This document shows positions 58,069 through 64,000 of a stretch of DNA of 64,000 nt, one piece after another. The first letter of the stretch is position 1, and each line of letters starts with the position of its first letter. A program made the translations under genes and the position numbers. This DNA is from Calditrichales bacterium (GTDB taxonomy: Bacteria > Calditrichota > Calditrichia > Calditrichales > J004), in NCBI GenBank assembly GCA_965267575.1, contig OZ254086.1, positions 2,496,001 to 2,560,000 of the forward strand, written 5' to 3'. Under the pieces are notes generated by a model. That model was not told the origin of the DNA and searched no databases. It saw only the letters and a program-made list of their open reading frames with translations.

Positions 58069-60627
58069 TTACTTAACCAACGTCATTTTCTTTGTTGTTG
58101 AACCGAACTCCGTTTGGATTTGGTAGAGATAAATCCCGGAGCTGGCTTTGTTGCCGTTGTTATCAACACCGTTCCAGGTGTAGGTGTGGGCACCGGCTTG
58201 CAGCGTTCCGTTAACCAGCGTGCGCACTTCGCGGCCCAGCAGGTCATAAATGCGTAGGGTAACCTCGCCGGCACGCTGCAGTTCAAAAGCGATCTGCGTG
58301 GACGGATTGAACGGATTGGGGTAGTTCTGATGCAGCGTGAAATCGCGCAGCTGCGTCGTCATGCCCGAACCAATCGATGTGGGCGATGTGTTGATCTCAG
58401 AGGTAATCACGCCTTCGGAGATCGCTTCGCCGTTGTCTTCCGTTGTCACGCGGATGGAAAGGTTTTCATTGTAAAGATCGCCGTAATTGGCGGCGGCGAA
58501 AGAGCTTTCGGAATCATCTCCGAATTCTCCGCGGGCGCTGCCATGTTCGTCTTCATAGGAATCACTGTACAGCTCAGAACCACCGTTATCAACAATCTTA
58601 ACCTGGTCGATTTGGCCATCGGCACCTTGCGATGTCAGGTTATAGGTCAGACCGGACTGGTTCAGGTTTAATGCCGCCGCACCAACGATGTCATCACTGA
58701 CGCCATCATTAAGTCCGCGCAGTTGCGCCAGGAAACCGACACCGCCGCTCAGACACACTTGCCCGCGGATCTCGCCGCCGGGATAGGTGGAAGTGTGGAC
58801 ATTGATATAGATGTCACCGGCCACCAGTGCGGCGCGCAGCTCTGCATCCAGCGACTCGCTATCGGATGGCTGCCAGACACCTGTTACCGTATTGCCGCTA
58901 AAATTAATCGTTTTTACAACGCCACCGTTCTGACCAATCGGCGCGCGGTGAAAATGGGCTGCCGCGACAGGGGCCGTCAGGCTGTCAACGGTGATTGAAT
59001 AGGTTAAACCGGACTTGGTCAGCATCATCGATGCCGTGCCCATGCCGTTGGACTGAACGCCGGCCTGCTCTTGTGCCGCCGTCAGTTTGGCGGAGAGCTC
59101 TGCGCCGGAGTTGGGTATCACCTGGCCGCGGATTTCGCCGCCGGGATGCTCAGCCGTATGGACATTCACGTAGAGCTCGCCTTTCAGTAGCATCTGCATC
59201 GCTTCGCTGTCCAGGCCGTCATCGCCGCTCATACTCCAAATGCCAATAGCGGTCGTACCGTCAAAGCTGATTCCTTTTACGACTCCGCCGTTTTCACCGA
59301 TGGCTCCGCTGTGGAAGTGGGCCGCGATTACAGGTCCTGTCAGGTCGTCCACTGTGATGGAATAAGCCAGTCCGGTCGGGGTCATATAAAAGGTGCCCGT
59401 ACCCATGCCCGGCACGTCGTTGCCGCCCTGCGCGCCCGTCAGTTGGCTGCTAAGCGTTGTACCCGGAGTGTGGCGCACTTGTCCGCGCACCTCGCCGCCG
59501 GGGTATTGTGCCGTATGCACGTTGATATAGATGTTACCTGTAAAAAGCTCGCGCACCATGTCGCGTGTCAGCGGCTGTTCGGCGTCATCAAAGCGCCAGG
59601 TGCCGCTGGCCGTCGTGCCGTCAAACGGGATGTCTCTGACTACGGGGCCATTTGTGCCTTCGGCCGCATTGTGAAAGTGCGCCGCGGCGATGTCACCGGT
59701 CAGACTGTCCACCGTAATGTGGTAAACCAAGCCGTTTGGGGTGAATGTGATACTGGCCGTACCGCGTCCTTTGCTTTCCACATCTTCTGTTTCCTGCTCA
59801 GCGTCCAGCAGTGCGGAAAAGCCCCAGCCACCGGCGGGAAATACCTGTCCGCGCAGTTCACCGGCAGGGAAGTTTGATGTGTGCACATTGATGTAAAGGC
59901 CGCCCGTGTACAATTCGTCGATCAGCTCATCAGTGAGCGGCTCGTCGTCGCCGGCGGTCCAAACACCAAGCGCCGTGCCATTCATAAAACCGGAAATGGT
60001 TCGTACGACACCGCCATTCAATCCGGCCCGGCCATTGTGAAAATGCGCGGCCGCGATCGATGCGCTTAGATCACTGACGGTAAGGGCGAAAACCAGGCCC
60101 TGGTCGGTCAGCGTCATGGCTGCTGTACCGGCGCCTTCACTTGTTACATCGTGGGTCTCCTGCTCCGGAGTTAGTTTTGCCGTAAAGCCGCTGCCGGAAG
60201 CAAGCTTCACCTGTCCGCGCAGTTCGCCCGCCGGAAAGGAATCGGTATGCACATTGATGTACAGTTCGCCTTTTAGCAGGCTCTGGCGCAACTCGTCGGT
60301 CAGCGGTTCGTCGTCGGAAGCGGTCCACATGCCGCGGGCGATGTTACCGTTAAAATCCGCCGTAAGCGTGCGTACCACGCCACCGTTAACGCCTGTCGGC
60401 CCGCTGTGAAAATGCGCGGCCACGAAGTTGCCTTCCAGGTCGTCGATAGCAATCAGGAATGAAAGTCCTTCTTCATTTAGCAGCATCGCCGCCGTGCCGC
60501 TGGCATCGGAGTCCACATCGTGTGTCTCCTGCTGCGGCGTCAGCGATGCCGTAAAGAGGGTTTGCGCCGACAGGCCGCTAAAGGCCAGCAACGCAAACAA
60601 AAGTATCCATTTATATAAACGTGTCAT
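58069..60627 (-). CDS. Secreted protein with five CHRD domains, a degenerate sixth, and CTD tail
   Basis: Five repeats of AAHFH..Y(I/V)NVHT..P(A/G)GE(L/V/I)RGQV; QNYPNPFNP..KMTLVK. Confidence 0.9.
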   Translation of the reverse strand: MTRLYKWILLFALLAFSGLSAQTLFTASLTPQQETHDVDSDASGTAAMLLNEEGLSFLIAIDDLEGNFVAAHFHSGPTGVNGGVVRTLTADFNGNIARGMWTASDDEPLTDELRQSLLKGELYINVHTDSFPAGELRGQVKLASGSGFTAKLTPEQETHDVTSEGAGTAAMTLTDQGLVFALTVSDLSASIAAAHFHNGRAGLNGGVVRTISGFMNGTALGVWTAGDDEPLTDELIDELYTGGLYINVHTSNFPAGELRGQVFPAGGWGFSALLDAEQETEDVESKGRGTASITFTPNGLVYHITVDSLTGDIAAAHFHNAAEGTNGPVVRDIPFDGTTASGTWRFDDAEQPLTRDMVRELFTGNIYINVHTAQYPGGEVRGQVRHTPGTTLSSQLTGAQGGNDVPGMGTGTFYMTPTGLAYSITVDDLTGPVIAAHFHSGAIGENGGVVKGISFDGTTAIGIWSMSGDDGLDSEAMQMLLKGELYVNVHTAEHPGGEIRGQVIPNSGAELSAKLTAAQEQAGVQSNGMGTASMMLTKSGLTYSITVDSLTAPVAAAHFHRAPIGQNGGVVKTINFSGNTVTGVWQPSDSESLDAELRAALVAGDIYINVHTSTYPGGEIRGQVCLSGGVGFLAQLRGLNDGVSDDIVGAAALNLNQSGLTYNLTSQGADGQIDQVKIVDNGGSELYSDSYEDEHGSARGEFGDDSESSFAAANYGDLYNENLSIRVTTEDNGEAISEGVITSEINTSPTSIGSGMTTQLRDFTLHQNYPNPFNPSTQIAFELQRAGEVTLRIYDLLGREVRTLVNGTLQAGAHTYTWNGVDNNGNKASSGIYLYQIQTEFGSTTKKMTLVK

Positions 60628-61009
60628 AAAACCTCCTTCAGGTTTTGGTTGGGACTGCCGCTTTTTAATACAACATTCACGCCAGCGGTCAAAAAGCGGT
60701 AAATCACGTGACAGGCATCAAAACAGGTGGGTTGAATGAGTGCTGGTAGCGGCAGCAAAGTGCATGTTATGCGCAGGGCAGGTAATGATTTGCACCGGGC
60801 CAGGTGACGAAGTGACGGGGTGACAGCGAGTTGTATCATCCCGGCCTGTCCCGATGTTTTTTATCGGGGTTGGCCGTATTTTGCCACACCGGGATCTCCA
60901 CCTTGGATCAGGAAGGGGCCCCGGCGCGGAGGCCGGGGTGACAGGTGAAACGGTATCATCCCGGATGGCATTGTTTTGCAACGCCGGGATCTGCCGCAAT
61001 ACAAAACTT

Positions 61010-61090
61010 GCCATCTTGAATCTCCGAAGGGGAGAGAGAGCCGGGATACTGGTCATACCCGGATCTCCGGCATGCGCCGTTCGGGATGAC
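61010..61090. repeat. REPIN-like paired palindrome, homologous to 62668-62751
   Basis: GCCATCTTGAATCTCC..GATCTCCGGCATGCGCCGTTCGGGATGAC. Confidence 0.7.
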
Positions 61091-61249
61091 AGCCAGATGG
61101 CCTTTTCTATTTTAAAAAGGGAGCAGTAAGGGGATGGGTTTCCCCGATCATGATCAAGAGCATGATCACGATCAAGATCAAGATTACCTGAACACCTGAA
61201 AACTTGAACCCGCACTCTAACACGCTAACACCTTAACACCCCGGCACGT

Positions 61250-62578
61250 TTACAACGCATACATCTTGCCCTCTTCCGGCAGCAGCACCTTCGTGTCCGG
61301 GAGTTTGTCGCGAAGGCCGCGTTGCAGGCTCTCATAAGCTTCCGCTTCGCCGTGGAAGAGGATGACCGTGCGCGGTTGCATCTGTTCGGCCAGCTGCAGT
61401 AGCTCCGCACGGCTGGCGTGAGCGGAGAAGTTGAACGAGGCCAGCTTGCAACCGCTGAGCATGGTGCCCGTACCGTTGGCCCCAAATTGTTCCAGCGCCT
61501 TCTCGCGCAACGCGTGGCCCGGGCTCTCCGGCGACACGTAGCCCACGAAAGCGATCCCGTTCTTGGGGTCGTCCATAAAATTCTGGGCCAGCTCATAGGA
61601 AAAAGTCTGCGGCAGCATCATGCCGCTGGTGGCCAGAATGATCGCAGGACCCTGCATCTTCTGGCGCCGCATCATGTGTTCGGCCATGGGACGCAGCTTC
61701 ACGTCCGGGTAACGGCGTTCATAATAATTTATAAGGCGATCGTAAATTTTGGTAAAGCGCGTGCCCATGCCAGTAATGTAGACGGGCACATTGGGTATGG
61801 TGCCGCGGCGTTTGAGCATGCCCACGGTCATCAGAACTTCCTGCGTGCGGCCCAGCGCGAAGACCGGCGCCAGTACCACACCATTGACGCTCAGCCGCTC
61901 GGAGAGGAAATCGGCGAAGCGCTTTTTCTCTTCATCGTAAGTGGGCGTTGCGTCATCGGCGCCATAGGTGCTTTCCAGGATCAGCGTATCGACCGGCTGT
62001 TTGGGAAAACGCGCGCCCTTGAGAATGCTTTGGCCGGAGAGCTTGAAGTTGCCGCTGTAGAAGACGCTGCGCCGGCCCTTTTGCAGCAGCACGCCCGCCG
62101 AACCGAGAATATGCCCGGCATCCCAGAAGCTGATATCTACCGGCGGCTCGGGGTCCACGTGGACGCGGAAGGCCTTTTTGAGCGGCATGGCCTGGAACAT
62201 ATAAAACATCATATCCAGGTCGTCCATGTTGTAGACGGGTTTGTCATTATCGGAGAGGGCCTTTTTCTCGCGCAGGCGCAGGCTGTGCAGCAGCATTTTT
62301 TCGGAGAGCGCGATACTGGGATAGGTCATATAAACCCGTGTTTTGGGAAAGCGCAAAATCAGCTCGGGCAGGGCGCCGACGTGGTCCATGTGGGCGTGGG
62401 TGATCAGCGCGGCATGTGGCGCGGCAGGTACAAGATCGATCTTGGCCACGCTTTGCCCGGGATTCTGCACATCCATTCCGGCATCGAGCACGAAGCCGTC
62501 GCCGTCAAAATCCAGCCAGTGCAGGCTGCCGTCGATGCCCTGAACGCCGCTTACGGCCATGTAGTTTATCTGTGACAT
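61250..62578 (-). CDS. Metallo-beta-lactamase/beta-CASP nuclease
   Basis: LDAG, THAHMDH, AGHILGS, ESTYG, PVFALGRTQE, TSGM, FSAHA, LFHGE. Confidence 0.9.
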   Translation of the reverse strand: MSQINYMAVSGVQGIDGSLHWLDFDGDGFVLDAGMDVQNPGQSVAKIDLVPAAPHAALITHAHMDHVGALPELILRFPKTRVYMTYPSIALSEKMLLHSLRLREKKALSDNDKPVYNMDDLDMMFYMFQAMPLKKAFRVHVDPEPPVDISFWDAGHILGSAGVLLQKGRRSVFYSGNFKLSGQSILKGARFPKQPVDTLILESTYGADDATPTYDEEKKRFADFLSERLSVNGVVLAPVFALGRTQEVLMTVGMLKRRGTIPNVPVYITGMGTRFTKIYDRLINYYERRYPDVKLRPMAEHMMRRQKMQGPAIILATSGMMLPQTFSYELAQNFMDDPKNGIAFVGYVSPESPGHALREKALEQFGANGTGTMLSGCKLASFNFSAHASRAELLQLAEQMQPRTVILFHGEAEAYESLQRGLRDKLPDTKVLLPEEGKMYAL

Positions 62579-62667
62579 AGAGAGTGTGAACGCAGTGCCC
62601 CGTTTTAATAGTCCGCGCGTAAGATAGGGAATAATGTGTGTTGAATCCCAACCGATCAGTAAGCGTT

Positions 62668-62751
62668 GTCATCTCGAATCCCCGGCAGGGGTGAGAGATC
62701 CTGGAGGCCGCGCGTGCCATGATCTCTCCGGCGTGCGCCGTTCGAGATGAC
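62668..62751. repeat. REPIN-like paired palindrome
   Basis: GTCATCTCGAATCCCC..GAGAGATC / GATCTCTCCGGCGTGCGCCGTTCGAGATGAC. Confidence 0.75.
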
Positions 62752-62779
62752 ACATGCACCGTGCCCCGCACAGACGTCT

Positions 62780-62807
62780 TGTAACTTTTCTAACTCAAAT
62801 CCATATT
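62780..62807 (+). promoter_or_regulatory. Candidate ECF autoregulatory promoter
   Basis: TGTAAC-16 nt-CATATT just upstream of the ECF sigma gene. Confidence 0.4.
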
Positions 62808-62828
62808 ATGGTCGAAACAAGGATGGTT

Positions 62829-63317
62829 ATGACCGATTTTCATCAGCTCTATACCCGCTATGCCGGGGACATTTACCGCTTCGCGCTGTTTTTGTGCGGC
62901 AACAGGATGGACGCGGAAGATATTACCGCGGAAACATTCGCCCGCGCGTTAACTGGGAAAGCGCCTTTGCTATCGGCGACGGTTAAAGGCTATCTGCTCA
63001 CCATCGCGCGTAACCTTTATCTGGAATCGCTGCGACGCAAAAAGCGCCTTTCCCAGCTGCCACCGGAGTTGGAGGACAGAGGGCCGCAGCCGGACAATAC
63101 GGTCAGCCATAAGACCGAATTGGAGGCGCTGCAGGCCTATCTGCAGACCTTCCCCGAGGTGGACCGGGCGGCGCTGTTGTTGCGCGCGGACGGCGTGACA
63201 TATGTGGAAATCGCAAAAGCTCTCGATATCTCGCTGGCGGCGGCCAAAGTTAAGGTGCACCGGCTGCGGCTGAAGCTGGCCGGGTGGAGGGCCAATCGTG
63301 AAATGAAAGAAGAATAA
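62829..63317 (+). CDS. ECF sigma factor
   Basis: DAEDITAETF, YLLTIARN, TYVEIAKAL..AAKVKVHRLR. Confidence 0.9.
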   Translation: MTDFHQLYTRYAGDIYRFALFLCGNRMDAEDITAETFARALTGKAPLLSATVKGYLLTIARNLYLESLRRKKRLSQLPPELEDRGPQPDNTVSHKTELEALQAYLQTFPEVDRAALLLRADGVTYVEIAKALDISLAAAKVKVHRLRLKLAGWRANREMKEE

Positions 63318-63334
63318 AACCAATGGAGATAAAA

Positions 63335-64000
63335 ATGGAATCCGTTCCAAGAAATGTAATTCTTGACTTGCTGCCGGCCTATATCGCCGGTGAAGCCAGC
63401 GCGGAGTCGCGCGCCCTGGTGGAGGCGTTCGCCAAAGACGACCCGCAGATTGCCGCAATGATCAACTCCGGTAAACTGGACCCGGCGCTGATGCCGGAGA
63501 AACCGGCCGCGCCGGATGACCTGGAAATGAAGACGATGAAACGCGTGCGCCGCAGCATCCGCCGCCGGATGTGGTTTGTGGGGCTGGCAACGGCGGCCAT
63601 CCTGATGATACCGTTTACGGCGATGCAGTTCAGCGGTGAAGTGAACTGGACGGCGTTCGATTTCATCGTTGCTGCTGTTCTTTTGCTGGGTACAGGTTTT
63701 ACCTATGTGCTGATATCACGTCTTTCGGACAATTATTCCTACCGGCTTGCGGTGGGCATTGCCGTGTTGACCGGCCTGCTGCTGGCCTGGGTAAATCTCG
63801 CCGTGGGCATCATCGGCGCGGAAGACAACCCGGCTAATACGTTGTACTTCGCGGTTCTGCTCATCGGCATCATCGGTGCGGTGATAGCGCGCCTGCAGCC
63901 ACGGGGCATGTCCAACGCGTTGTTTGCCACTGCCGGCGCACAGTTCCTCGTCCCGCTCATCGCCATGCTCATCTGGCGGCCTTCTCTGGAAAACCCACCG
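63335..64000 (+). CDS. Putative anti-sigma factor with multi-TM domain, runs off window
   Basis: Translated by hand: MESVPRNVILDLLPAYIAGEASAESRALVE.. then TM segments (AMQFSGEVNW, WVNLAVGIIG); GGAG RBS. Confidence 0.75.
   Translation, partial: MESVPRNVILDLLPAYIAGEASAESRALVEAFAKDDPQIAAMINSGKLDPALMPEKPAAPDDLEMKTMKRVRRSIRRRMWFVGLATAAILMIPFTAMQFSGEVNWTAFDFIVAAVLLLGTGFTYVLISRLSDNYSYRLAVGIAVLTGLLLAWVNLAVGIIGAEDNPANTLYFAVLLIGIIGAVIARLQPRGMSNALFATAGAQFLVPLIAMLIWRPSLENPP

Noticed and set aside
60800..61240. Possible CRISPR array in the repeat-rich spacer
   Set aside because: Repeats are heterogeneous with no constant repeat-spacer period, and no cas genes are present

Overview
Bacterial chromosomal window. 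The many secreted proteins ending in a (Y/H)PNPFN...L(L/V/I)K sorting tail and a GWxTD protein suggest a Calditrichota/KSB1-like FCB-related lineage (inference). Left to right: a TetR-TolC-MFP-AcrB efflux operon; small accessory genes including an RSG-motif class A beta-lactamase and an orphan SLATT-like protein; a heme-c-motif histidine kinase + sigma54 regulator + archaemetzincin facing a putatively sigma54-driven operon of two GcvH-like proteins around a HybA/HybB-like pair; PilZ; a cNMP-domain/phosphofructokinase fusion downstream of glycogen phosphorylase; radical SAM; vapBC; a homoisocitrate-dehydrogenase-like/ICL-family lyase/aconitase operon; a 16-gene Mrp-antiporter-type group 4 [NiFe]-hydrogenase cluster headed by an AsrA/AsrB-like NAD(P)H module, with two Rex/CRP-like boxes upstream; metH; a partly AT-rich array of secreted CTD-tail proteins (IS1595 remnant, two frameshifts, a ~530-bp direct repeat of the sorting tail); a 5x CHRD protein; a beta-CASP nuclease; and an ECF sigma/anti-sigma pair. 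Intergenic regions carry GTCAT/ATGAC REP-like palindromes and GATCAT-type hexamer tracts. No rRNA, tRNA or CRISPR array was seen. All family calls come from motif recognition by eye, with no database searches.
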